DNA of 46,225 nucleotides from Methanotrichaceae archaeon (GTDB lineage Archaea; Halobacteriota; Methanosarcinia; Methanotrichales; Methanotrichaceae). Numbering within the stretch: the stretch's first letter is position 1; every line of letters begins with the position of its first letter. The notes below the pieces were generated by a model. That model ran no database searches. It worked only from the letters and a program-made list of their open reading frames with translations, and was not told the origin of the DNA. Location: positions 1 to 46,225 of the forward strand of contig CAVWIG010000030.1 in the NCBI GenBank assembly GCA_963754945.1, read 5' to 3'. The position numbers and the translations under genes are program-made. Below are positions 29,478 to 38,553 of this stretch, one piece after another.

Positions 29478-30230
29478 ATGAATCCTTTCAGTATCGCAGC
29501 TGCTTATGTATTGATAGCAATTCTCGGATCTGCCTACGCCACAACCGTTTCTGTCTATCCAGACGGCAGTATCCAGGCAGCCATCTATACAGCCAAATCG
29601 GGGGATATCATAGAGGTTCACAGTGGGGTCTACTACGAACATGTCAATGTTAACAAGCGGATCACATTGAGAGGCATAAACATGCCGATTCTGGATGCCA
29701 CAGCAAGTGGCAGTGCCGTCACCCTTAAGACAGACGGAATCATCCTCCAGGGTTTCAGGACTATCAACTCTGGCCTATGGCCTGGAGACGGATCAAAAGA
29801 AGCAGGAATAAAGGTGCTCTCGAACAACAATATCATCGAAAATAACAACGCAAGTAACAACTCCAATGGCATATTCATCATTGGGGGCAACAACAATACC
29901 ATAACAGAAAACAATGCCAGCAACAATTTGGGATACGGGATTATGCTCTCCACCTCCGTCGGGAATATCATTTTTAAGAATAACTTCATTCGCAACTACA
30001 AACAAAACGCTTACGACAATGACGCGAACCGATGGGATGTTGGCAGCGTTGGGAACCACTACGGCAACTTTAGCTCCCTCGCAGAAGGTTGCCTGGACTT
30101 AGGCGGCAACGATGTGTGCGATTTCGGCTATCCTATACCTGGCGGATCGAGCATCGACCATTACCCATCATTGCAACCCTTTCAGGCATGCTTGAGTTAC
30201 GCCAGTGCCCCGATAACTATCCCGTTTTGA
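29478..30230 (+). CDS. Short NosD/CASH beta-helix cell-surface protein; last codons derive from a DUF433 fragment
   Basis: Signal peptide, SIQAAI...GD.I.V..G.Y.E, Asn repeats, GNHY...DHYP. Bases 30181-30210 are identical to 35945-35974. Confidence 0.85.
   Translation: MNPFSIAAAYVLIAILGSAYATTVSVYPDGSIQAAIYTAKSGDIIEVHSGVYYEHVNVNKRITLRGINMPILDATASGSAVTLKTDGIILQGFRTINSGLWPGDGSKEAGIKVLSNNNIIENNNASNNSNGIFIIGGNNNTITENNASNNLGYGIMLSTSVGNIIFKNNFIRNYKQNAYDNDANRWDVGSVGNHYGNFSSLAEGCLDLGGNDVCDFGYPIPGGSSIDHYPSLQPFQACLSYASAPITIPF
30181..30216 (+). repeat. 36-bp fragment of the DUF433 gene
   Basis: 35/36 match to 35945-35980. Confidence 0.85.
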
Positions 30231-30755
30231 TTTTGAGGTCTATCCTGGTGGCTGTTACTTCATTCCCTAAGTCATTGCATCCATTTAGATTCAGAAAATC
30301 AGGAGATAACTTTATTACATCTGTAAATTTCAGTAGTTTCCAATCCAAAATAAATACGCATTCATCGAAATCAGATTGCTTCCAGGTACCATTGTTAAAT
30401 TCGACTTTGTTCCTGATTGAATTGCACATTCCGGACCTATTTACGATAATTTTCTGACCATCGTCCCATAACCAACCACCTTCAATGGCGTCGATTGGTT
30501 TGGGTATAGAATCTAAATTTGTCCTTAATGAATTCCAATAAAGCCTAAATTTCTTATCGATTTCACGTTGTTGCTATCTCCATTGGTCTGCACATTTGTT
30601 GATTGTATTTACAAGCTTTTTTGTACCTTCTTCATCCGTTTTTGCCATTTGAAACTGAATTAAAGGACCTTCAATTTCATTTGGCTCAAGATCCAATAGA
30701 TATGGACATACATACGTACGTCTGTTCTGATAGGCTCTTAGACAAAGCCCCTGCC
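30217..30755 (-). pseudogene. 5'-truncated TIR-domain protein pseudogene
   Basis: Manual translation gives AGALSKSLSEQTYVCPYLLDLEPNEIEGPLIQFQ...KLVNTIN, the second half of a prokaryotic TIR domain. It carries a 4-bp duplication near 30710 and an in-frame TAG near 30575. Confidence 0.7.
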
Positions 30756-30756
30756 T

Positions 30757-30850
30757 ATCGCAGTGGTTTCCCTAGAAAATAATCCCTTCCTTGATAGATG
30801 TCAATGTCCACTCAACTAAGAGGGCGATTCGGTTCCAGAACGAGGGAGAG
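30757..30850 (+). repeat. Degenerate internal mutL fragment
   Basis: Aligns by eye to mutL 39409-39501 (region encoding IDVNVHPTKREIRFQNE). Confidence 0.85.
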
Positions 30851-31004
30851 ATTAGGACATAACCTCGTGCAATCAGGGGCTTGATAGGATAGTCACCCTG
30901 ACAGGATAGAGCGATATCTGTACATCAGTAACTCAAGTTCTTATCTTAGATCAGTATCTATATATACGACCTGTTACGATCTCCAGATCTTAAGGAGGAA
31001 GATA

Positions 31005-31430
31005 ATGAATCCTGCAAAAGAAATACCGACTGGTACCTTTGAAGCGCATAAGAACACAGAAGCACCGAAGATGGGTGCGGGAAAGTTCAAGATCAAGCTG
31101 TTCATAAACGGGATAGAGTTCGGATGGATGGGAAGAAATAACGACGGATGGTGTGTGCTAACAAATGAAAGCCCGCTCGTTTTAGAATACTATCCATACG
31201 GCGGGAAGATGTATTATAAGGTAAGTGAAGAGGATAAATATCTGTCTGTAAGCAATAGCGCTTATGTTGGGTGTTATGGCTGGTGGGGCGCAACAACCTT
31301 CCGGAAAGAGGGCAAATACTTGATATCAGACTATAACAACCAGTATCTATCACTGTATTCCGTTGATAACAAGTATCTGTATGCATGGGATGCATATACA
31401 AAGTTAGAAGTAGAATTTGTGAACGTGTAG
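31005..31430 (+). CDS. Hypothetical Tyr/Trp-rich beta-strand protein
   Basis: AGGAGG SD and upstream TATA-like element; repeated K/QYLS motifs. Confidence 0.75.
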   Translation: MNPAKEIPTGTFEAHKNTEAPKMGAGKFKIKLFINGIEFGWMGRNNDGWCVLTNESPLVLEYYPYGGKMYYKVSEEDKYLSVSNSAYVGCYGWWGATTFRKEGKYLISDYNNQYLSLYSVDNKYLYAWDAYTKLEVEFVNV

Positions 31431-31601
31431 CTCGTCCCAAAATCGCCGTAGCCGCTATAATCCGGAAGGTGGCAAAGCCTGGATATGAATAATCCAATCG
31501 TACATATCCCGACAAAAAATTTTTTTGATATCAATTCAAAATAAAACGATGAAAACTCCGAACATGGATCGTTTGAGTTGCCATCTAGACCGCTTCCTGC
31601 A

Positions 31602-32783
31602 TTATGCCGGCTTAGGCCAATCATCCAGTGGCATGCCGTCCATCATGAGGTACCTTTCGACGAAATCGTGGTGCTCGATCGCAGCTCTATTGAATTTATA
31701 ATAATCCATCTTCCGGATTGGCTCAGTCTTATATCCTTTTTTCACGATATCGAGCCATGCATCCGGATCATAATGCCCAGGTGGCGCGCTCAGGGTACCC
31801 AGCGATCCGTCACTCATCTCTTTTATCCATAACTCGCATCTGAATTGTACAGCTTTCTCATAATTGCAGCCGTACTTGTGCTTTGTGTTTAATATGCGTC
31901 GAATAACTTTCAGGAATTCCTCGCCTATGGGATCAGGCTTTAGAACATCGAATGTACTTCCATCTCTAATACACCTCAGGGCTGTAACCATCTCTTTAAA
32001 TGTCCTGAGATACTCATCAGGGTTGTTCTTAAGAATGGGCGTGGATGACCACTTAGGTGAGTATTCGTAAGCATCCCACGGATAATCCGGAACATGCCCC
32101 ATGCGGCCGTGTCCAAGATAATTCCAGACCTCGTACCTTATCGGGTCTGGTGGTGTGCACCATTCTCCAGTCAGATTGTAAGGGATCTTTTGCGGAGGCG
32201 TCACAGTTTGATCCCAGACATCGCCGGTTGCATCGTTCACATGCCATGCCGGAGTTCCGGCGAAGTCCATGTGAGCTCCGGAGTCCGCGAGCACATGCAT
32301 CCTGATACCGGCAAGGTGAAGTTTAAAAGGACCTGAAACATCGTTGATCATCTTTGTGATCAACGGGCTTTGAGGCCTGCAGAGGAGTTTGAACTGCCAG
32401 ATGGCACGGTCGTCGTACTTCCATCTAAGACCATTGCTCCTTGGACCAGTATACACTCGTTCCCTTGATTTCCAGTTGGGATCGGGCAGGACCGCAGATT
32501 CATAGTTTCCAGGCAAGAAGTGGAACGGCACCCATATATGGCGCATATACTTATGATCGTCAATTAGCATATTCGTCATAGGTTCACAAGTTGGTATCGG
32601 CTGAAAGTCAATGCCGTACTCTCCGTTTTTGATTATTCGGTTTGGGGAGAGTCCGAGACGATCTGCGGGGGCGGAATCGTCCACGTACTGAGCTGCGTGA
32701 GCTATCGTGATCGCATCACTGCGATCATAACCTGCCAGCATGGCGGCTGTGAATGTGCCGTAATAATGGAAATCCATATCCAT
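31602..32783 (-). CDS. DUF6765-like protein (putative metal-dependent hydrolase)
   Basis: MDMDFHYY...AQYVDD, WVPFHFLPGN, HVLADSGAH and LGHG motifs; GGAGG SD before the ATG at 32783. Confidence 0.75.
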   Translation of the reverse strand: MDMDFHYYGTFTAAMLAGYDRSDAITIAHAAQYVDDSAPADRLGLSPNRIIKNGEYGIDFQPIPTCEPMTNMLIDDHKYMRHIWVPFHFLPGNYESAVLPDPNWKSRERVYTGPRSNGLRWKYDDRAIWQFKLLCRPQSPLITKMINDVSGPFKLHLAGIRMHVLADSGAHMDFAGTPAWHVNDATGDVWDQTVTPPQKIPYNLTGEWCTPPDPIRYEVWNYLGHGRMGHVPDYPWDAYEYSPKWSSTPILKNNPDEYLRTFKEMVTALRCIRDGSTFDVLKPDPIGEEFLKVIRRILNTKHKYGCNYEKAVQFRCELWIKEMSDGSLGTLSAPPGHYDPDAWLDIVKKGYKTEPIRKMDYYKFNRAAIEHHDFVERYLMMDGMPLDDWPKPA

Positions 32784-33000
32784 TTTTGCCCTCCTATTTC
32801 TTTCAAATTGGTTCGAGTTACATCTCACATATATTTAGCAGTTTTGGAATTCATAATATTAATTAATTTTATTACTTGGCAGAGATGCGAGGATATGTTG
32901 TCAGGTCACCTTTCGAAAAGATAAAATCCAATCATAGGCTACATGACCTTCTCAGGCGTAAAAGGCCTACTTCAAGTCCAGCACCAGTACCTTCCGATAG

Positions 33001-33247
33001 AGAAATAAACGCTTTTGAAATCAAGAGATGCCGATGCCAAAATCAGACTCCTGGATGAGGACACCATAAACAAGATAGCAGCAGGCGAGGTAATCGAGAG
33101 GCCCGCCTCCATCGTCAGGAACTTGAGGAGAACTCCATCGACGCCGAGTGCACCAGGATACAAGATCGAGGTTATAGATGGCGGCAAGAGCATGGTAAAA
33201 GTGACCGCCGACGGTTGCGGCGTTGTTCAGGAAGACCAGGCCCTGGC
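33001..33247 (+). pseudogene. Degenerate copy of the mutL 5' end and leader
   Basis: Aligns to 38528-38774 with several indels; encodes IRLLDEDTINKIAAGEVIERPAS. Confidence 0.9.
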
Positions 33248-33419
33248 CGCACCAGCGGTCTTTTCTATCGACTATTGCATAGGCATTTTCAGTTAGGACT
33301 ATCCTCTGCGCTTTGTACCTGGCGCTCTTGACATTGATCACAGGATCGCTTACCTTTCCAGCCTCAGCTATGATCCTGTGACCACGTATCGAGCCGCCGA
33401 TCTCGTAGCCCTCCATTCA

Positions 33420-33603
33420 ATCGGCTCCATCTTGCCTTCCAACTCCAGGTCATCCATGATCTTGCATACCAGTTCGTAATCCAGTTGCAGATCGGTGCTG
33501 GGATCAGAGGCGAACGCCTCCCCTTTCATCTGGAAATACCCGACCACTTCTTTCTTGGCTGTCTCGTAATCTACATCCCTGCATTCGATGACTTGATTGC
33601 CAT
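33420..33603 (-). pseudogene. Frameshifted paralog of the small wHTH-like gene at 35537-35740
   Basis: After a 1-nt deletion near the start it reads IECRDVDYETAKKEVVGYFQMKGEA...LDYELVC. Confidence 0.75.
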
Positions 33604-33641
33604 CCCTTTGCCCCTAGGTTTTATAATGAAAAATCGAGTAT

Positions 33642-33875
33642 CTAAACTGAAAACCACTCCTCGCGGCTGATCTCTCCTTCTTTTAAGATCTGCGCTAGAA
33701 GCCCAACACTAAAATCCTGGCCATGATGAGGATTGGGAATGGTCACATATATACGCCCCTTGGCTAGCTCCTTAACCATATAGGCATGCCCTGATCCCGG
33801 ATAAGGTCCCTCGAATCCCAACTTTCCTAGCCGTCGGATAAGCTCTTGCCTAGAGACAGGAAGGAGCCTAGACAA
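33642..33875 (-). CDS. hicA: HicA-family toxin
   Basis: ELIRRLGKLGF...GSGHAYM...TIPNPH...GLLAQIL pattern. Confidence 0.85.
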   Translation of the reverse strand: MSRLLPVSRQELIRRLGKLGFEGPYPGSGHAYMVKELAKGRIYVTIPNPHHGQDFSVGLLAQILKEGEISREEWFSV

Positions 33876-34119
33876 CTGCTATCGGCTCCGCAGAGACATC
33901 AATGGTAACGCCATCTATGGAAGGAATTGTATCGCCCATCCTTAATCGTAGTGCTATCCATCCTTCGATAACTTCGATAAGATCTTGACGGCACTCTTCA
34001 ATGGTATCACCGATGGCAATCACGCCCTGCAAGCCCTCTACGGTGGACATGTATGTACCATCTTCAAGGATCTCGTATTTCGCATGTCTCAAACTGGCCT
34101 GAATGTACTCAGTAAACAT
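33868..34119 (-). CDS. hicB: HicB-family antitoxin (short, no DNA-binding domain)
   Basis: EDG.Y....L.GV.A.G.T.EE...L.E..EGW...G..IP pattern; overlaps hicA. Confidence 0.85.
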   Translation of the reverse strand: MFTEYIQASLRHAKYEILEDGTYMSTVEGLQGVIAIGDTIEECRQDLIEVIEGWIALRLRMGDTIPSIDGVTIDVSAEPIAVV

Positions 34120-34273
34120 ACCAATCTCCTATTCACGCCTGTTTAGATTTAACACTATCTTGTCCTAGCCTTATGTGGACTGAAATGAGGCATCTGTCTT
34201 ATGCACTTCAGAGATCCCAATTCTAGATCGATTTAAAGGCTCGATGCTGGAAAGATCTTTTACATGCATTGTT

Positions 34274-34490
34274 ATGAACTGGCAGGAGCATATTATTGCT
34301 GACCTGACCTAAAGTTTCTGGCCGGAAAACCTGTTATCAAGGGCACCCGCCTGGCGGTTGAGTTCGTCCTCGACCTACTGGCTGGAGGATGGTCGGAAGC
34401 TGAAGTATTGCAGAACTACCCGAGATTGACTCATGAGGATATTCAGGCATGTTTTGAGTTACGCCAGTGCCTTGATAAAATCTGAAAAGG
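34274..34490 (+). pseudogene. DUF433 antitoxin pseudogene
   Basis: Close copy of 35782-35992 with a 5-bp CTGAC duplication causing an early TAA; 3' end and toxin partner missing. Confidence 0.88.
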
Positions 34491-34622
34491 ACTTAACACC
34501 ATTATGATTATCATTACTATTCCGGCAATAAGGAACCAAAGAGGCACCCCATAACGCTCGGCCGCTGGCTCTGCAATCAGTAGGCCAATGTGCATTGTGA
34601 TTGACATCAGGCCTTCCATGAG
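34490..34622 (-). pseudogene. C-terminal fragment of an MFS transporter
   Basis: Translates as LMSITMHIGLLIAEPAAERYGVPLWFLIAGIVMII, resembling MFS TM11-12. Confidence 0.45.
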
Positions 34623-34731
34623 TGAGATGTGTGGCCTTTATTCTTCCGATTATGATTTAGAAACAAACTAAAAATCTTGATGATATGGTGCATTATGCTA
34701 GAAGCACCATACACCTATTGGAAACTGATAT

Positions 34732-35145
34732 CTATGCTTTTGCCCGGCTAAGCTTATCAATGCCCACCGACATTGCTTTTCCACTTGATAAGTATATCAG
34801 TTCGATCTCATCATTGGAAACGATCGACCCCAGAGCATAGCCCTCGGTAACTTCAGCGATATAGAGACTTTTACTATCCGAACCGATGGCGCCAGCAAAC
34901 CCTTCACTAGCGGCAGTTCCATTCTCGTGCTTATATGTTAGATTTCCAGAGAAGACGCGGCCCTCCTGCTCTGTAATAGCCATGACAAAGGGTTCATTTT
35001 GAGTCGCGTTAGAGTAACCGACCCCTGCATTATACCCACCCCACGAAACGGTCCAATTCCCTTTCAGATTCGGAACTTCTGCCATACAGACCCCTGTGGC
35101 AAAGAGGCTCAGTACCAACAGGGCCAAACACAAAAATTTTTTCAT
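34732..35145 (-). CDS. Hypothetical secreted protein
   Basis: Signal peptide MKKFLCLALLVLSLFATG; NLKGNW followed by beta-strand-like sequence. Confidence 0.8.
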   Translation of the reverse strand: MKKFLCLALLVLSLFATGVCMAEVPNLKGNWTVSWGGYNAGVGYSNATQNEPFVMAITEQEGRVFSGNLTYKHENGTAASEGFAGAIGSDSKSLYIAEVTEGYALGSIVSNDEIELIYLSSGKAMSVGIDKLSRAKA

Positions 35146-35198
35146 GTGTATTAAGTTACTGAAGATACCTATTTAGAGCTTACGATTTAGTAATAATT

Positions 35199-35479
35199 TT
35201 AGATAGTATCCCCATTACGACCAAGCTTATTTCCGGTTACCTTCCCTGCTGATCGAATAACCTGATCCTCCATGGGACGGGTCATCCGGTGAATTGCGAT
35301 AAGGTTGAGTTTTGACAGACGCTCTGCCGGACCAAGGTTGCCGCTGACGAAATGGGCGTTGAGATTTTCGAGATTCGAGAGGCAGACGAGCTGCGAGATG
35401 TCGGTATAATCCTGGTTATTGCCTTTCCGTTATGGGTTTTTCTTCCTCATTCTTTTGCGCTCATGCCGAACAACGCCAT
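35199..35479 (-). pseudogene. C-terminal fragment of a KilA-N-domain protein
   Basis: MALFGMSAKE* then, in another frame, KGNNQDYTDISQLVCLSNLENLNA...ERLSKLNLIAI. Confidence 0.6.
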
Positions 35480-35536
35480 TCGCCCAATCTTCCAGACTTA
35501 TGGCCCTGATTCTGTAGCTATGAGGTGTCTACGATA

Positions 35537-35740
35537 TCATAACATTCTATCAAGGGACCGCCAAGCGTCCTCTCGGTTCAGCTCGTTCACGTTCTGGCAT
35601 ATCAATTTATAATCAAGTTCAAGATTTTCCTCGATCTCGGAGGCATACGCTTCGCCTTTCATCTGGAAATACCCGGCTACTTCTTTCTTGGCCGTCTCGT
35701 AGTCAACATCACGACATTCGATGACCTTGATTGCCTTCAT
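35537..35740 (-). CDS. Small wHTH-like protein
   Basis: AYASEIEENLELDYKLIC HTH-like motif; a paralogous copy lies at 33420-33603. Confidence 0.65.
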   Translation of the reverse strand: MKAIKVIECRDVDYETAKKEVAGYFQMKGEAYASEIEENLELDYKLICQNVNELNREDAWRSLDRML

Positions 35741-35781
35741 CGCAGGTATCTTAAAGACATGAAGCATTATATAGCATTGTT

Positions 35782-36027
35782 ATGAACTGGCAGGAGCGAA
35801 TTATTGCCGACCCAAAGGTTCTGGCCGGAAAACCTGTTATCAAGGGCACCCGCCTGGCGGTTGAGTTCATCCTTGACCTACTGGCTGGAGGATGGTCGGA
35901 AGCTGAGGTATTGCAGAACTATCCGAGATTGACTCATGAAGATATTCAGGCATGCTTGAGTTACGCCAGTGCCCTGATAAAATCTGAAAAGGTCTTTCCG
36001 ATCAAGGTTTTACAGGAAGAACTCTGA
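35782..36027 (+). CDS. DUF433 antitoxin
   Basis: DPKVLAGKPVIKGTRL...YPRLT.EDIQACL.YA signature. Confidence 0.92.
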   Translation: MNWQERIIADPKVLAGKPVIKGTRLAVEFILDLLAGGWSEAEVLQNYPRLTHEDIQACLSYASALIKSEKVFPIKVLQEEL

Positions 36028-36377
36028 TGCGGCTGCTGGCGGATGAGAATATACCTCTCAATGCGGTCCAAATATTTCGGAAAAACGGGCACGATATCCT
36101 ATCTATATCCGAGTCTCGGCCTCAAACTCCCGATGAAGATATATTAGAGCTGGCGGAAAAAGATGAGCGCATAGTGCTGACATTCGATAAGGATTTCGGA
36201 GAGCTGGCCTTTTGTTTCGATCTTCCAGCTTCGTGTGGCATTGTTCTCTTTCGAATTCCTTTGTTATCGGTTGATTATGTTACTGACATTATTATCGAAG
36301 TTATAGAATCCAGATCTGATTGGGCGGGTCATTTTTCAGTTGTAGAACCCGGGCGGATTCGCATGAGGAAACTTTAG
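36027..36377 (+). CDS. DUF5615 PIN-like toxin
   Basis: LLADEN, DEDI and LTFDKDFGE motifs; TGATG coupling with DUF433. Confidence 0.9.
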   Translation: MRLLADENIPLNAVQIFRKNGHDILSISESRPQTPDEDILELAEKDERIVLTFDKDFGELAFCFDLPASCGIVLFRIPLLSVDYVTDIIIEVIESRSDWAGHFSVVEPGRIRMRKL

Positions 36378-36453
36378 GGGCGGATTGCTTCCAACATTAT
36401 CGATGTAATCTAGAATAATATGTGAATTTTTTTTGGTATTTGGCGATTGAACC

Positions 36454-37442
36454 TGCTGTGTCGATTAAGCTTAAATAGTTTAAATATAAATATTGTGTCA
36501 TGAACTATATTGATAATAGAGACTGGCCAGAATATAATGCCCAACTTGTTCGAAGAGGCGAATTCTATCTCGATTTGAGTTGTGTGAAGAACTGGAGTTG
36601 GGAATTAAGAGAAATGAATAGAAAGAAAACAGGCGCTCCATACAAAAACCCTAACACTTTTATAACTTTTGCATCAATAATATACTCTTTTTTCCGAATG
36701 CCATATCGTCAACTTGAAGGATTCTTTGGACGACTTTCGACCTATGAACCAGGATTGGTGGCGGCAGATTATACCACCCTCCATAAGCGAATCTCTAAGC
36801 AAGATCTTGGAATAGAGATACCATAGAACGACGCTGTTGTTGCAGTTGATTCAACTGGGATAAAGGTAACAAATAGAGGGGATTGGATGCGCGAGAAACA
36901 CGGAAAGCAGCGGCGAGGATGGCTTAAAGTTCATGTGGCAGTCGACGTTGAATCAAAGAGATTATTGTCTATGGAAGTTACAGAAGAAGACACCTCGGAT
37001 AGCGAGGTTTTGCGCCCTTTGTTGAAAGACGTCAATATTGAGGAGGGGTTGACGGATGGCGCATATGACACAAACGACGCATTTGAATTTATGAAATCGA
37101 AAGGTGTAGATTGTCCAGGGATTAAGATCAGAGAGAACGCGATAGTAGGCAAAGATGCATCAGCCAGGTCAACAGCTGTTCTGGAATTCAAAAAAATGGG
37201 CTACAAGGGTTGGAAGCAAATGCATCAGTACGGTAGAAGGTGGGCAGTTGAAGGCTTCTTCTCATCGATCAAGCGTATCTTTGGTGAGACGGTTCGGGCA
37301 TCTTCACCAGAAGGAATGGTCGCCGAGATTAAAAGAGCATTCATTTTGTATGATATACTTAGGAGCATATAAGTAATTAGTTAAAATAAATTATGAATTC
37401 TTGAATAACGAAATAATACTATAATAATCATGCGACACAGCA
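36454..37442 (+). mobile_element. IS5-family (ISH1-like) insertion sequence
   Basis: 10-bp TIRs TGCTGTGTCG (36454-36463 / 37433-37442); 8-bp target duplication ATTGAACC at 36446-36453 and 37443-37450. Confidence 0.9.
36500..37372 (+). pseudogene. IS5-family transposase interrupted by one in-frame TAG at 36824-36826
   Basis: Both halves are in the same frame; VDSTG, WLKVH, DGAYD and YGRRWAVE DDE motifs. Confidence 0.85.
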
Positions 37443-37497
37443 ATTGAACCTTATTTCTATAATATCAATATAAGCAAAATGACGTGGACAGATCAGA

Positions 37498-38382
37498 TTA
37501 CATAAAATCGATTGAAGAATTCAATTTGATTAATTCCTTTTCCATCAAAAAACAACAGTGGTAAAATTCATCCAATAAGTAAAAATAGAATTTAACGTTT
37601 GCTCCATTTAACCCAGCTCTCGATAATATCCATTGCATTTGGAGATCTTTCCAAGCGTTCAACCGCTTGCATTCTATGATATAAGTCTCTAGAGAATCAA
37701 TAAAATCGATAGGGAATAAATGTCCAACTTGAATAATTTGTAAAGCATAATCATAAGAAAATTGATCTGGATTTAATGAACCTTTATGTTCTAATTCATT
37801 TTTGCTCGCCACCAAATCCAATGCAATTGAGCAATTATTACTATTTTCGTTTATAAATCTTTTCAACTTTTGTTGTCTTTCTGTGGCTATAGGCCTCAAA
37901 ATAGTTTGTTTCTCCATTAAGAAAGATATTATACTATAAGTACAATCTTTGATATTGTAAGAATTATCATTCAGTTCTAGATCAATGAATTCCATATTTT
38001 GGGAAATAAAGCCATTTGATGTTATCCTATTGTACTCATCATAATCAATCCCTAAACTATGATTTGCATTTTTAGTACATTTTTCGGTGATATGCTGTAT
38101 TATTTGTATCTGACCTATCTCTTTCAATGCCTTTGCGTATCCCCATTCCTGGTTTACAAATTGATTCTTAATTGAATTTCTAGTCAACAATACTAGAAAT
38201 ACATTACATAACTTGAAATATTTTATTATTTTATCTGTAAATGTTGTGTCACCTTCTCGTCTGGATTCAACTAAGTGGCTAAAGAAATTAGCTCCTAATT
38301 TACTATTGATCTCATCTACCATATATTTGAGCTCCTCTCCAGCATAACTCAAAAATATCCCATTCATCATAATAAGATCCAC
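37498..38382 (-). CDS. TIR-domain protein with unrecognised C-terminal region
   Basis: IFLSYA...FLVLLTRNSIKNQFVNQEWGYA TIR motifs with the catalytic-position Glu; markedly AT-rich. Confidence 0.8.
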   Translation of the reverse strand: MDLIMMNGIFLSYAGEELKYMVDEINSKLGANFFSHLVESRREGDTTFTDKIIKYFKLCNVFLVLLTRNSIKNQFVNQEWGYAKALKEIGQIQIIQHITEKCTKNANHSLGIDYDEYNRITSNGFISQNMEFIDLELNDNSYNIKDCTYSIISFLMEKQTILRPIATERQQKLKRFINENSNNCSIALDLVASKNELEHKGSLNPDQFSYDYALQIIQVGHLFPIDFIDSLETYIIECKRLNAWKDLQMQWILSRAGLNGANVKFYFYLLDEFYHCCFLMEKELIKLNSSIDFM

Positions 38383-38553
38383 CCTACTTAATCATACTTT
38401 TACTATTTCGTGATCTATTTGCATCATATTTAAAGCAGTTCGCGGTTTTACGCCATCGATGTCTTCCTTGAAGAAGATATTTATATTTTCCAAGCCCCGC
38501 CTTCATCCTGATAACGTATTCAAGCATAGAAATAACCGCTTTGAAATCAAGAG

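Noticed and set aside
33001-33247. Diversity-generating retroelement template repeat for mutL
   Set aside because: No reverse transcriptase is present. Differences from mutL include indels and are not adenine-specific.
33021-33416. 131-aa minus-strand ORF
   Set aside because: Its 3' half is only the antisense of the mutL scrap, compare 38503..39018. The first 55 or so codons could be a truncated gene, but I cannot assign them.
35352-35612. 86-aa plus-strand ORF
   Set aside because: It overlaps the KilA-N remnant and the wHTH gene on the opposite strand, and has no SD or motif support.
36824-36826. Genome-wide TAG recoding (pyrrolysine) suggested by in-frame ambers in the IS5 transposase and TIR pseudogene
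   Set aside because: Core genes here (fpoD, tfs, aroC, tfe) end at TAG at their expected C-termini. No pyl genes are in the window, and the TIR remnant has other lesions.
30181-38500. Integron cassette array, CRISPR array or provirus
   Set aside because: No integrase, attC-like palindromes, regularly spaced repeats or viral structural genes were seen. The repeats are fragments of protein-coding genes.
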